Positions 29,882 through 40,180 are shown, counted from the stretch's first letter. The stretch is DNA of 64,000 nt from an uncultured Verrucomicrobiae bacterium (GCA_963762565.1 CAVXLD010000001.1:1088001-1152000), one strand, 5' to 3'. Notes: generated from the letters alone by a model not told the origin. Program-made: numbers and translations.

Positions 29882-30060
29882 TGAAAACATTACTACGAGA
29901 CTTATCCCTTCGGCTTTTTGTGGCCTTCGCTTTTGCCACGTTCGCAGTTAATGCTCGAGCTGGGGCCGTGGCCTTTGACGCATCAGGCAATCTCTTCGCA
30001 GTAGAGCATTGGCGTTCCATCGCGAAGTTCACCGGCGACGGAATACAGAGCACCTTCGGG
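29878..30060 (+). pseudogene. N-terminal fragment of an NHL/beta-propeller secreted protein
   Basis: Signal peptide plus a single VAFDASGNLFA...IAKFT.DG repeat, then breaks at the repeat motif. Confidence 0.55.
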
Positions 30061-30088
30061 GGTCGAGAAATAGGGGGAGGGAGAAACA

Positions 30089-30268
30089 GGGGTCGCGTCT
30101 ATATAATACACAGAACGAACGGCCTTCTTGGTGGTAAAAAGATTCGTACGAAGGGCTGTTTGCATCGACTATTCGGACAGCCTCACACCACTTCGATCAG
30201 TCCTGCCGTAGCTGCTGAATCATGGCTTCTGTCGGTAGGGGTTTAGTGTAAGGTATAGACGCGACCCC
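30089..30268 (+). mobile_element. 180-bp MITE-like element copy A with perfect 15-bp terminal inverted repeats
   Basis: GGGGTCGCGTCTATA (30089-30103) and TATAGACGCGACCCC (30254-30268). Confidence 0.85.
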
Positions 30269-30713
30269 AATTCAAAGGCTCAGGTCCAAAGCCTGCTTCA
30301 ACCTCTAAAGGCGGTCACTAGAGCGCAACTGGACTAAATAGCCTGTTTCCCAATCCGATCAGCACAGTACGGAAAGATCACAAAGGACACAAAGACAGAA
30401 AAATCTCACGCAAAGCAGACTTCGCCCCATCTCCCCCTTTAGCTACGCCGGCCAGGGACGCAAAGATGGGTCACTGTCACATAGATCTCATGAGTCCCAT
30501 GGTCCGATCCGCATTCGCCGCTCTGCGCGCTATCGCGAACTGAGGACGGATCTTGAACCTGTTTAGCATTCTGTGGCTGGGTGAGACTAAAGGTGAAATA
30601 GACAACAGAGATCTCCGTTGTTTCCTGTTTAAGTGTGTCTTATGCCGTTGCGTCCTCGGGCGACGCAGTCCGGCGGCTGCCGGCAGCCGCGTGGCAGCGC
30701 GGCAGCCGCGAGA

Positions 30714-31985
30714 TCAAAGGTCCCTTTCGGCGAGCTTGCGAAACGCGTCGGGAACGGAGCGGGACATTCCCAATGCGACCGATCCGTATCCAATCGCGTC
30801 CCATCCGAAGCGATCGCGGATGGTGTCCACAGCCCAATCGGCGGCCCAGCGCGCCATACCTCTCTTGCTGCCGGGGCGGCGCGACTCCTCCGCAAGCCCA
30901 AGTGGAAGCTCGAGCTGCAGCTCCGGGCGCTCCTCGAGATTCGATACAGAGATCGCCAGGAGCGAGATAGTCTTCTCACACGGATGCTGCGCGAGGACCG
31001 TGCGCACCAGTTCCTCTGCGATCTCGGCTAGGATTGCCGTCGTCGAAGTCGGCGCGTCGAGTGTTATGGAACGGCTGACGGAGCGCAGGTCGGCGAAGCG
31101 AACCCGGACCGTCACCGTTCGGCCGGGCCGGGAATTGGCCCGAAGCCGGCTGCAAATCCTGTCCGCGAGATGGCGCAGCGTCGGCCGAAAAACGCACTCT
31201 TCAGCAGCCTTGCGGCCGAGCGCTGACTGTGCGCCCGCCGATCCGGCCCGCCGATGACTCTTGATTTCCCGTGGATCACAATTCCACGCGAGCGCCGCGA
31301 GCTTCTCCCCCGCTGCGGGACCAAGCAACTGCGTGAGCGACCGTTCCGATGTTCGCGCCAGTTGTCCAATGGTACACACACCGAAGTCGGCCAGCCGGGC
31401 CTTAGTGACCGGGCCCACGCCCCACATCAGTTCGACGGGCAGATCGCGAAGGAAGTCCAGTTCCGTGCCAGGATCGACAACCACCAGCCCGTCGGGCTTG
31501 GCCGCTTGCGAGGCTATCTTCGCCAAGTGCTTGGTGCACGCCACGCCAACTGAGATCGGAAGGCCAAGCTCCGCCCGAACACGGCGCCGGATTGCTCCTG
31601 CAATTTCGGCCGGCGGACCAAACAGATGGGTGCAGCCCGCAACGTCGGCGAAGGCCTCATCGATGGAAATCCGCTCAACGAGAGGCGTAAAATCATTAAT
31701 TACCTTGATGACCGCATCGCCCAGCCGTTGGTAGTCCTGGAAATGGCCGCCAACAAAAACGAGCTGCGGGCAGAGCTCACGCGCCCGTCTGCCTGGCATG
31801 CCCCCGCCGACCCCGTAGGCCCTGGCTTCGTAAGAAGCAGCGAGCACGACTCCGCCACCGACAGCGATAGGCTTGCCGCGCAACGATGGGTCGAGCAACT
31901 GCTCGACCGATGCGTAGAACGCATCCAGGTCCGCATGAAGGATCGTTGCAGTCGTCTCCAGCTGTTCTTCGTTCACCAAGAGCAA
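30714..31985 (-). CDS. dinB: DNA polymerase IV (Y-family)
   Basis: ILHADLDAFYASVE, ASYEAR, SIDEAF, KIAS...KPDG, WGVG. Confidence 0.95.
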   Translation of the reverse strand: MLLVNEEQLETTATILHADLDAFYASVEQLLDPSLRGKPIAVGGGVVLAASYEARAYGVGGGMPGRRARELCPQLVFVGGHFQDYQRLGDAVIKVINDFTPLVERISIDEAFADVAGCTHLFGPPAEIAGAIRRRVRAELGLPISVGVACTKHLAKIASQAAKPDGLVVVDPGTELDFLRDLPVELMWGVGPVTKARLADFGVCTIGQLARTSERSLTQLLGPAAGEKLAALAWNCDPREIKSHRRAGSAGAQSALGRKAAEECVFRPTLRHLADRICSRLRANSRPGRTVTVRVRFADLRSVSRSITLDAPTSTTAILAEIAEELVRTVLAQHPCEKTISLLAISVSNLEERPELQLELPLGLAEESRRPGSKRGMARWAADWAVDTIRDRFGWDAIGYGSVALGMSRSVPDAFRKLAERDL

Positions 31986-32274
31986 CTATATCCTAGGCAA
32001 CTTCGAGGGCATCCTCCAAAGTGATGGTTACGGGGCGTACTAGGTTGTTACTCAGCTCCACCACGGGATAGTACAAAACCGCTAGGTGGGTCGCTCTGAC
32101 GGATACGATTTAACCACTTCGATACTTGTACTCGAGCGAGCTACCGTCGTACGCCACTGCTAAAATCTGCTCTCGCATTACGCAGCTGCTTTCATCGGGA
32201 TCAAGTTCTTAGGTTTCGCGGGCCGGATCTTCCACCACAGCCTAGCTACGGAAGGCGAAGGACAAGACCGATTG

Positions 32275-32576
32275 GGGACAGGTCAACAAGACCGATTGGG
32301 GACAGGTCAATAGTCGACAAAGGGAAACCAGAACGGGGACAGGTCAATATTAAATAGACTTGGCGCCGGATCGCCATGGCTAGGTATCGCACGCCGCTCG
32401 CTACGCCGGCTGAAAGGGCCGTGCAGCTCGCGAACTTGGAATGCCAGGAGAGCGGGCACCTCGGATAGGGACAGGTCAACTGTTGACCGTCCTAAGGTTG
32501 TCGCTAGAAGTCGAAAAATGGGGACAGGTCAATAGTCGCTAACGAGAACAAGACGAGGCAACACCTGACCTGTCCC
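32275..32576. repeat. cluster of GGGACAGGTCAA sites, family D
   Basis: Copies at 32275, 32299, 32336, 32468, 32521 and an inverted copy at 32565. Confidence 0.9.
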
Positions 32577-32651
32577 TTACCGATTTCTGTCAGTTACATG
32601 AAAAAAGAATTGGGATCTAACCAGTAGTTCTGTCAGTTAGAGAGTCGAAAA

Positions 32652-34226
32652 ATGGACCTCCAAACTTTCTCACCTCTCTACGGTAGCTGGTGCCCGTCGG
32701 TGAACTTGCTGGGATTGATAATGTTGTTCATCGCCGTACCAGCGCTGGGGCAAGGCGGCGGAACGCATACGACACTTGACCAAGTAAATCAGGCGGTGCG
32801 GGAGGCCCGAAGACTCTGTGAAGATCAAATTGGAAAAGATGCGGTTCCAGGTCTCGCCATTGCCGTCGTATTTCAGGATCAAGTCACCTATGCAGCGGGC
32901 TTTGGGGTGCGAGATGTCAATACCCGGGAACCGGTGAATGTAGATACTGTGTTCCAGTTGGCATCGTTATCCAAAGCGATTGGCTCAACCGTCGTAGCGG
33001 AACTTGTCGGCGAAGGCAAAATCTCCTGGGACTCCAAAATCAGCGATATCGATCCTAATTTTGCGATGTACGATCCCTGGGTGACACGCGAAATCACGAT
33101 TCGTGATTTCTACGAGCATCGCAGTGGCCTACCTGCATACGCAGGCGATTCGCTCGAAGTTCTAGGATTCAACCGAGAGCAAATCTTGCATCGTTTGCGC
33201 TATCAAAAGTCCAACACCAGTTTCCGTTCTCACTTCGCCTATACCAATTTTGGCGTTACCGAGGCCGCCGTGGCAGCAGCCAAGGCGTATAACCTGACCT
33301 GGGAAGACGCCGCAGAGCAAACGCTCTACCAACCACTCGGCATGAGTTCTACCAGTTCGCGTTATGCCGATTTTTCTGCGCGGACGAACAAAGCATCTGG
33401 CCATGTACTGGTCGATGGCAAGTGGGCCCAAAAATATAAGCGCGATCCGGATCCGCAATCCCCGGCTGGCGGAGTCAGCTCATCGGTCAATGACCTTGCC
33501 AAGTGGATGCGTTTGCAGCTCGCGGACGGGCAATTTGAAGGCCGACGGATCGTCGACGAAAAAGCGTTAGCAGAAACCCATTCACCGGAAATTTTAATAG
33601 GATCCAATCCACAGAACGGGTTGCCTATGTTTTATGGGCTTGGTTGGTTCGTCAGTTACGACCAAGCAGGGCGGTCGCTCCTTTGGCATAACGGAATATT
33701 CACATCGGGAGCGGCTACCATCGTAGAGCTAGTTCCGTCCGAACATTTGGGCATTGTTGTCCTCACCAACGCTTTCCCGCCTGGCGTTGGGGAAGGGCTC
33801 GCTTTTACGTTTACCGATGTCGCTTTGTACGGGAAGGCCACTCAGGATTGGCTCGCATTTTTCAAAAAGGTGTATGCCAACGTGGCTGCGCTGGGTGTGG
33901 GAACCGACTACTCCAAACCGCCCGCGGCACCCGCATCGGCATTGGCGACCGGCGCGTACGTCGGGACCTACACCAACAACTTCTATGGAGAGATTCAGAT
34001 CATCGAACAGGGCGACGGACTCGCCATTGTCGAGGGCCCTTCCAAGTTGACTTTCTCCTTAAAGCATTATGACCGCGACCTATTCACTTGTGACAACACC
34101 GAAGGCGAAACGACCGGAGTGACCTTTGCTATTGGTGCGGACGGGAAGGCGACGACAGTGGTGGTTGCGGACCTCAACTTACATGGCGACGGGACTTTTC
34201 AACGCCGGTCCGCTGAGGACAAATGA
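32652..34226 (+). CDS. serine hydrolase (beta-lactamase/AmpC-like family) with DUF3471-like C-domain
   Basis: SxxK (ASLSK), YxN (YTN), HxG (WHNG); C-terminal YVGTY.N.FYG. Confidence 0.92.
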   Translation: MDLQTFSPLYGSWCPSVNLLGLIMLFIAVPALGQGGGTHTTLDQVNQAVREARRLCEDQIGKDAVPGLAIAVVFQDQVTYAAGFGVRDVNTREPVNVDTVFQLASLSKAIGSTVVAELVGEGKISWDSKISDIDPNFAMYDPWVTREITIRDFYEHRSGLPAYAGDSLEVLGFNREQILHRLRYQKSNTSFRSHFAYTNFGVTEAAVAAAKAYNLTWEDAAEQTLYQPLGMSSTSSRYADFSARTNKASGHVLVDGKWAQKYKRDPDPQSPAGGVSSSVNDLAKWMRLQLADGQFEGRRIVDEKALAETHSPEILIGSNPQNGLPMFYGLGWFVSYDQAGRSLLWHNGIFTSGAATIVELVPSEHLGIVVLTNAFPPGVGEGLAFTFTDVALYGKATQDWLAFFKKVYANVAALGVGTDYSKPPAAPASALATGAYVGTYTNNFYGEIQIIEQGDGLAIVEGPSKLTFSLKHYDRDLFTCDNTEGETTGVTFAIGADGKATTVVVADLNLHGDGTFQRRSAEDK

Positions 34227-34241
34227 ACTGAAACCGCCCCA

Positions 34242-35234
34242 ATGCGAATACTCCGTCGAGTGATATGGTGGCTCGCGTTCGTGATCCTCTGTTTCGTAAC
34301 CGCTTGGGCAACTGCAGCCATTTTCTTCGATCTTCCGGCACGTAACCTGAGTGTGCCAGCCGCCACTATTTACGTAGCCTTAGTAGTAGCTATTCTGTTC
34401 TTTCTGAGGTTCAGGTGGGTTTCGCTGGGGTTTTGTTTCGTTTTATTTGCCGGCGTTCTTTGTTGGTGGTGGTCAATCCAAGCGACTGGCAAACGCGACT
34501 GGCGGCCGGATGTTGCCGAAACCGCCTGGACAGAAAGAGACGGAGACAAGATCACCATTCACAACCTGCGAAACTTTGATTACGAGCCGGGGCAGCCGGC
34601 CAAGCCCCGGTGGGAGACTAAGGTCTTAGATCTTAGCCAACTGCAAGGAGTGGATCTTTTTATTAACTTTTGGGGATCGACTATGATCTGTCACCCGATA
34701 GTGAGCTTTCAATTCGGGCCGACCGATCACGTAGCCATTTCGGTTGAGACCAGGATGGCCCAAGGCCAGACCTATTCCATGATTCGCGGTTTCTTCAAAC
34801 AGTTCGAGCTGATCTACATTGTCGCCGATGAACGCGACGTGATTAGGGTCCGAACGAATTACCGGCACGAACAACTCTACCTTTATCGAACCAGCATTCG
34901 ACCAGAACGAGCCCGAAGCCTATTCCTCGATTACCTGAAGAGCGTTAATGCCATCCACGTGCGACCGCATTTCTACAACGCGGTAACAGATAACTGCACG
35001 ACTAATGTGCGAACGCATACCGCAGCCACAACGGTAAAACCTGCTCCCTGGGATTGGCGAATGTTGTTGAACGGAACCGTAGACGAATTGGTGTACGAAA
35101 ACGGAGGATTCGCCAGCCACCTCCCCTTTGCTGAGCTCAAACCGATGTCGCTCATCGACGCCAAGGCTCAAGCTGCGGACCAGGCTCCCGATTTTTCTGA
35201 GCGGATCCGAGTCGGTTTGCCAGGATTCGACTAG
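34242..35234 (+). CDS. DUF4105 (Lnb N-terminal-like) membrane protein
   Basis: Three N-terminal TMs; HPIVSF, ISVETR, ADERD, FYNAVTDNCTT. Confidence 0.85.
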   Translation: MRILRRVIWWLAFVILCFVTAWATAAIFFDLPARNLSVPAATIYVALVVAILFFLRFRWVSLGFCFVLFAGVLCWWWSIQATGKRDWRPDVAETAWTERDGDKITIHNLRNFDYEPGQPAKPRWETKVLDLSQLQGVDLFINFWGSTMICHPIVSFQFGPTDHVAISVETRMAQGQTYSMIRGFFKQFELIYIVADERDVIRVRTNYRHEQLYLYRTSIRPERARSLFLDYLKSVNAIHVRPHFYNAVTDNCTTNVRTHTAATTVKPAPWDWRMLLNGTVDELVYENGGFASHLPFAELKPMSLIDAKAQAADQAPDFSERIRVGLPGFD

Positions 35235-36976
35235 AAAGGGTTGGGAATAACCGAATGCGCTTTTTTTGAGGCGAGGCTTGAGCCCGAACGCTCGAGAGTC
35301 GCTAAATGCAGACGGAGAATTCGTTTCAATTCGGCAATGGTCTGAGGAAGAGCAAAGGAGCCGTGAGGGCCCGGAACGATCAATTCTGATTGGGCGCCCG
35401 CAAGATGCGAGCTCCAATAGGGAACCACACCGTCCGAACTGTTGGGGGTATCACCGCGACCCCGATCGCCAATGATCGAGTAGTACGGAACAACAATTGG
35501 AAGCTTATCAAGAGCGTGAAGAACAGGGTTTCGCGGAGAAAGACCGTTGATCCCGGTCGGTGGGTGTTTCAAGCCGATATTCTTTAAGACTGAACCGGTG
35601 ATTGCCTCGCCAACATGACTCACGATGGTCCTGGGAATACGAATGAGACCGACGCCGATCGAACCAATCCAGTTAGTCGCGAGATAACTGCCGCGGTGAG
35701 GTACACAGATGAAAACGATCCTTTCGACGTGCGGGGTGGGATCGAAGATCAGCGCTTTTTTGGCTAAATTATCCGGCGGCGTTGTCGCGTAGAGGCGATC
35801 CGCGTCATTCTGGAACACCGCGTTCCATAGAACCCGCTCGGTGCGCACCGCTTGCAGGTGGGCAAGTAATCCACCCATACTATGAGTGATGAGAACCATG
35901 CCCTTGCTGCGAGGATAGAGTTGATAAATGCGCTCTAAGCTTTCCCGAAGCCGGAGAGCGGACACCAGTATGGGGTCGCCCGTCGGATAAGCGAAAAGCC
36001 AGAACTGAAACCGGCCCCGCAACTCCGGATCGGACTGGATTGCGCTGATCGTCGGAACCCACATCTGGGGGATCGACAACAGGCCATGGATGAAAACGAC
36101 CGGGATCTGGTCAGGGTCATAGGGTTCGACCAGATAGAGTCCCGTTTGTTCCCGGTATCTTTCCGGGTCCATCATTGCTTGGAGACCCAAGAACGTCGGA
36201 TTTGGGTAATAAGTGTAGACGGCCGCGAAGTCAGCGCCCAAGGGTCTCTGCGTACCGGCGATCCGAATCGTTTCTTGTTTCGCCGGATCATAGAGGCTGA
36301 AGGTCGCGTCGCGCTTGTCCGACATAGCTTTAGCGACGCCCGAAACACCATCGCTCTTAGAACCGCCCTTGGGAAAGTCGACCGTGGCGGTCACCGGGAC
36401 CGCGAGGCCCAGGCGAGGTAGAAAGAATTGCCTGGGATCAGGCGGTTTATGGACTCCCACTAACAAACCGCCCCAACCACTGGTGCGTCCCGTTTCAACA
36501 GCGAGTTTCCTATGCAACTGTTGCGGGGTACGGAAAAAGTCGAAGTAGCTCGGGTCCCACGTGCCGGCCTCACGCGAACCGGCTGCGAATTCCAACCTGT
36601 AAGTGTGATCGCCCGATTGAATGGTCGTAGTCCGATTCCACAGCTGGTTACTAGACCGCAGTAAGACGGCCATTTCCTGGCAGGCCCGGTTGTAAGTTAG
36701 CCGGGCGTCTGTCGCCTCGTCGCCGGATGTACTGCTCACCAGGGGTAACGCGGTATAGGCTGCATCCAGGTAATGTCCTACGGCGGTCTTTGGATCAGCT
36801 TGTGTTCTGCGTGCTTCATCCAGACTTAGCTGGGCTCCCGAAACTGGCAGGTTGCGGTTCGACGTTTGCTGCGTGACACACCCGCTAGAGATTGCGAGGC
36901 AGCATATAAGCAAGAGAAATCGACTTAGCTGCCGACACGGGCTTCTACCATTCATCGACGTTAGTGCGCAGGCCAT
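35231..36976 (-). CDS. lipoprotein alpha/beta hydrolase (esterase/lipase-like)
   Basis: VVFIHGL, THSMGG, VPHRGS, SDGVVPYWS; lipobox-like SSGC. Confidence 0.88.
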   Translation of the reverse strand: MACALTSMNGRSPCRQLSRFLLLICCLAISSGCVTQQTSNRNLPVSGAQLSLDEARRTQADPKTAVGHYLDAAYTALPLVSSTSGDEATDARLTYNRACQEMAVLLRSSNQLWNRTTTIQSGDHTYRLEFAAGSREAGTWDPSYFDFFRTPQQLHRKLAVETGRTSGWGGLLVGVHKPPDPRQFFLPRLGLAVPVTATVDFPKGGSKSDGVSGVAKAMSDKRDATFSLYDPAKQETIRIAGTQRPLGADFAAVYTYYPNPTFLGLQAMMDPERYREQTGLYLVEPYDPDQIPVVFIHGLLSIPQMWVPTISAIQSDPELRGRFQFWLFAYPTGDPILVSALRLRESLERIYQLYPRSKGMVLITHSMGGLLAHLQAVRTERVLWNAVFQNDADRLYATTPPDNLAKKALIFDPTPHVERIVFICVPHRGSYLATNWIGSIGVGLIRIPRTIVSHVGEAITGSVLKNIGLKHPPTGINGLSPRNPVLHALDKLPIVVPYYSIIGDRGRGDTPNSSDGVVPYWSSHLAGAQSELIVPGPHGSFALPQTIAELKRILRLHLATLERSGSSLASKKAHSVIPNPF

Positions 36977-37309
36977 TGGTATGAGACGTGCTGGACGGAG
37001 CCGCTAGACCACGTTTAACCATAAGAAGCGACTCGTGCACGAACGCTGCCATCTTTAGTCAATCAGGGGAATTGGACCTTGGTCCAGTGTTTTCGTAAAC
37101 TTTGCTCAAGCTCGGCAAGAATCGAGCGCTGGATTTTGGTCCTATAGTGCGAGATTACCGTTTCGTTAATCTGTTTCCACGAAGGGCCAAGGTGTTGCTG
37201 GATTGAGGGATGGAAAGCTCCGGAAGGGGAATTGGTTTCAGTTGCCAAAAATCATCCTCGAGGTAGAGTTCACCGGCGGAATCGAAGCCGTCCGACGAGA
37301 GGATTGGCT

Positions 37310-37981
37310 GTGCAGAAACTCATCGCAGGCATTGTCGATTTTCGAGAGCGGATGTTGCCGCAGTATGCACAACGCTTCAAAGAGCTCGCACTCCGCCAGA
37401 CGCCTGATGCCCTGTTTGTGACCTGTTCAGACAGCCGCGTGGTGCCGGACTTATTGGCCTCGACTCACCCGGGCGATCTTTTCACGATGCGGAACGTTGG
37501 CAATCTCATACCACCTGCGACCGCCGATGGGATTTCGATTGGTGACCTCTCCGAGGCAAGCGCGATCGAGTACTCGGTGCTTGTTCTGAGGGTTCCGAAT
37601 ATTGTCATTTGCGGACACTCCGAGTGTGGGGCGATGAAAGCCGTAATGGCGAACAACCCACGGCCCGAGACCCCAAACCTTATCAAGTGGCTTCACCACG
37701 CGCGCGCTGCGGCGGTCCGCCTAGAGCACGAAGGCGCGCTCGACGGGAAGTTGAAGCCGCACGATCAACTCTCACAGCTCAATGTGTTGGTGCAGCTCGA
37801 ACACCTTATGTCTTACGCGATCGTCCGCGACAAAGTATTAGCCGGAACCCTTCGATTGAGCGGGTGGTGGTTTAACGTCGCATCCGGGAGTATGTGCGCG
37901 TATGACCGCGCAAGTCATTCGTTCGAAGTTATCGACCGGCAGATGGCCGATCGCTTAATCGCGCACCTCATCACGCCTTGA
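37310..37981 (+). CDS. beta-class carbonic anhydrase
   Basis: TCSDSR, RNVGN, CGHSECG zinc ligands; GTG start after GAGAGGA. Confidence 0.95.
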   Translation: MQKLIAGIVDFRERMLPQYAQRFKELALRQTPDALFVTCSDSRVVPDLLASTHPGDLFTMRNVGNLIPPATADGISIGDLSEASAIEYSVLVLRVPNIVICGHSECGAMKAVMANNPRPETPNLIKWLHHARAAAVRLEHEGALDGKLKPHDQLSQLNVLVQLEHLMSYAIVRDKVLAGTLRLSGWWFNVASGSMCAYDRASHSFEVIDRQMADRLIAHLITP

Positions 37982-38034
37982 AGTTTAAAATTCTTGCTGT
38001 GTCCCTGAAAGTTCTGAAAACAATGTCCTTGATA

Positions 38035-38100
38035 GGGACAGGTCAACTGTCGGCCGCCCAAGGATGTCGTTATGCAGCCGCACCACTATTGACCTGTCCC
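38035..38100. repeat. 66-bp hairpin element bounded by GGGACAGGTCAA / TTGACCTGTCCC
   Basis: Perfect 12-bp inverted ends; spacer similar to that of 38858-38923. Confidence 0.9.
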
Positions 38101-38278
38101 CTCTTGACATTCTCGGCCCGGATGTCGGTTTTATCTGTTTCGAACCACCCGGACGAAGGGTTCGCCTAAAAAGGCGACGGAGGGTCGAGAAATAGGGGTC
38201 GCGTCTTACTGATAGGATCAATGTTGACGTCGTCCACATCGCCTCAGATCCATCCATCCTTTTAACTCCGAGTTTCCC

Positions 38279-38797
38279 ATGATCATCATTCCAAAACGTA
38301 TGACTGCCCGGATGCAGGAACCATTTTGTCTGTTCCTCATCGGTATGCGGATCAATCGACCGCTCAAAATTCAAAAATGGTTGCCGGTTTTCAGCGCGAT
38401 GCCTCGAATGATGCAGGAGTTGTATCGACACCCAGAGCTTGGCTTTATCAGCGGCCATTTTTGGTTCGGCCGAACCACGATCGCCGTTCAATACTGGAAA
38501 TCGTTCGAGGCGCTTACCCGCTATGCAAAACAGCCTGACCTAGCTCATTTGCCTGCCTGGGCGCAATTTCGTCGAAATATCGGCAACAGCGGCGACGTCG
38601 GCATCTGGCACGAAACCTATCTGATCGCGCCAGGCCAAAACGAGAACATCTATCACAACATGCCCACCTTCGGCCTCGGCCAAGCCAGCCAACTGGTCGA
38701 AGCGAGCGGGCGCCTGGAGTCTGCCGAAGGACGTGTGTCGCCAGAGACGGGGCATAGCCGGCCCGATCAGGAATCGCCACCGGTTAAGATCGACTAG
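38279..38797 (+). CDS. DUF4188 (monooxygenase-like) protein
   Basis: FLIGMRIN, VQYWKSFE, HLPAW, VGIWHETY, ENIYHNMP.FGL. Confidence 0.88.
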   Translation: MIIIPKRMTARMQEPFCLFLIGMRINRPLKIQKWLPVFSAMPRMMQELYRHPELGFISGHFWFGRTTIAVQYWKSFEALTRYAKQPDLAHLPAWAQFRRNIGNSGDVGIWHETYLIAPGQNENIYHNMPTFGLGQASQLVEASGRLESAEGRVSPETGHSRPDQESPPVKID

Positions 38798-38857
38798 CGT
38801 CCGTCGCGCCCGATGTCCTTTTTGGCCCGTCCCCACCGCAGCGAACGGTTCTGCATG

Positions 38858-38923
38858 GGGACAGGTCAACTGTTGTCCGTCCCAAAGTTGTCGTTGTGCA
38901 GCAGCCCACTGTTGACCTGTCCC
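38858..38923. repeat. 66-bp hairpin element bounded by GGGACAGGTCAA / TTGACCTGTCCC
   Basis: Same length and ends as 38035-38100. Confidence 0.9.
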
Positions 38924-39012
38924 TGATTGGATATTTGGCGTATGATGTAGGGACGAAAGGCCCCGATTCGCATGAGCGCCCTGGCTTCGCTGCTCGAATC
39001 TGCTCGGAAGAT

Positions 39013-39408
39013 ATGAAAACAATCCCCTTTGTTTTCCTGACGCTCTTTTTCATTTTAGCGTTCGACTCCAGGTCCAGCGCCGCTTCTGTCAGCGGCAAGG
39101 TGGTTGAAATTCATTATGGCGCCGGGACAGCGAACCCGGCCAATCAGGTAATCGTTACGCTCTACCGAATGAATACATACCTGGACCGTCCCGACGGCCC
39201 GAAATTAGGAAGTTTTATTACGAAGATCGATGGCCTCTTTCATTTCGAGCATATTCCGAAGGGCGAATACATGCTCCATGTTCAGGGCGCCAAGTCTTGG
39301 GGACCGGAACTGGGGCCGGAACTGGATCGACGCATATCGATTCTCAAAGACGACGAGGCAGTAGAACCTGAGACGATCGTCATAGACTACAAAGACAGTC
39401 CGCCCTGA
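39013..39408 (+). CDS. secreted protein with prealbumin/carboxypeptidase-regulatory-like beta-sandwich
   Basis: Signal peptide; VSGKV...T..DG.FHF..IP.GEY.L.V pattern. Confidence 0.65.
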   Translation: MKTIPFVFLTLFFILAFDSRSSAASVSGKVVEIHYGAGTANPANQVIVTLYRMNTYLDRPDGPKLGSFITKIDGLFHFEHIPKGEYMLHVQGAKSWGPELGPELDRRISILKDDEAVEPETIVIDYKDSPP

Positions 39409-39693
39409 GTGAGAGGACCTAATAGATTCGTCTCCTTGCGTCTCTTCCACGCCGAAAAAAGCTCGCATTCTGTCTCAAAAGATATCTAAGGGAATTGAAG
39501 GAGGCTTTAGAAGTAAGGGACGTAGCTTGAGCATTGGACATTTGCCAAAGCAGTTCTCCGTGATTGAAACGTCCAAAGTTAAGATAGGTCGCTTCTATAG
39601 TTCGTCCCTTCTATAGTTCGCATGCGCGATTACCAATTGATATGTTTGTTGGTGGCCGGTTCTAACTACTCCCCCCGAAAGGAAAATTAAGAT

Positions 39694-39891
39694 ATGCCGT
39701 TGAATGAAACCCAAAGATCGCTTGCGATGGCTCAAATCGTCACCGGTCTTCTCTCCCGCAGCGGCGCACGTCGTCTGGATAACGAGACCTTAGCCCACGA
39801 AGCGCGTGAGCTTCTCGTCGCGATCGAGACCGAAGCCGCTCTTCCCAAGCAAAAAATAAGACGTCGTGACATCCCGCGTACCCGACTGTAA
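39694..39891 (+). CDS. small hypothetical protein
   Basis: 65-aa helical-looking ORF with AAGGA upstream. Confidence 0.45.
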   Translation: MPLNETQRSLAMAQIVTGLLSRSGARRLDNETLAHEARELLVAIETEAALPKQKIRRRDIPRTRL

Positions 39892-39931
39892 CGATTCTCC
39901 ACAAAAAACGCTCTAGAAGGAGGCTAAATTG

Positions 39932-40014
39932 GGGACAGGTCAACAGTCGGCAAGAGTCTGTCGCTATCGACCGTATCATGCCGGCAACCGGCTCAATCAA
40001 TAATTGACCTGTCA
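39932..40014. repeat. family D paired sites, degenerate right half
   Basis: GGGACAGGTCAA at 39932 and TTGACCTGTCA at 40004. Confidence 0.75.
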
Positions 40015-40180
40015 TTCTGCCGCTGGGGCATGCATAGTCGTGCGAGTGGCCGGAACGTAGGGCGCGTGATGAGGGGGGTACTTTTCCCTCGAAGCTGACC
40101 TGGAGAACAAGTCACCTGGGACTAAGGTCCAATAGCGCTACCAAGCCCGGCCGGCGATAACTGCTAGGAGCCCACAGCAA

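Noticed and set aside
30553..32024. Several long + strand ORFs opposite dinB
   Set aside because: Antisense shadows of a GC-rich gene; the same applies to the many shadow ORFs over mdc, the glucosidase and the nth genes
32262..32347. Possible mini-CRISPR of GGGGACAGGTCAA repeats
   Set aside because: Repeats are only 12-24 bp with irregular short spacing
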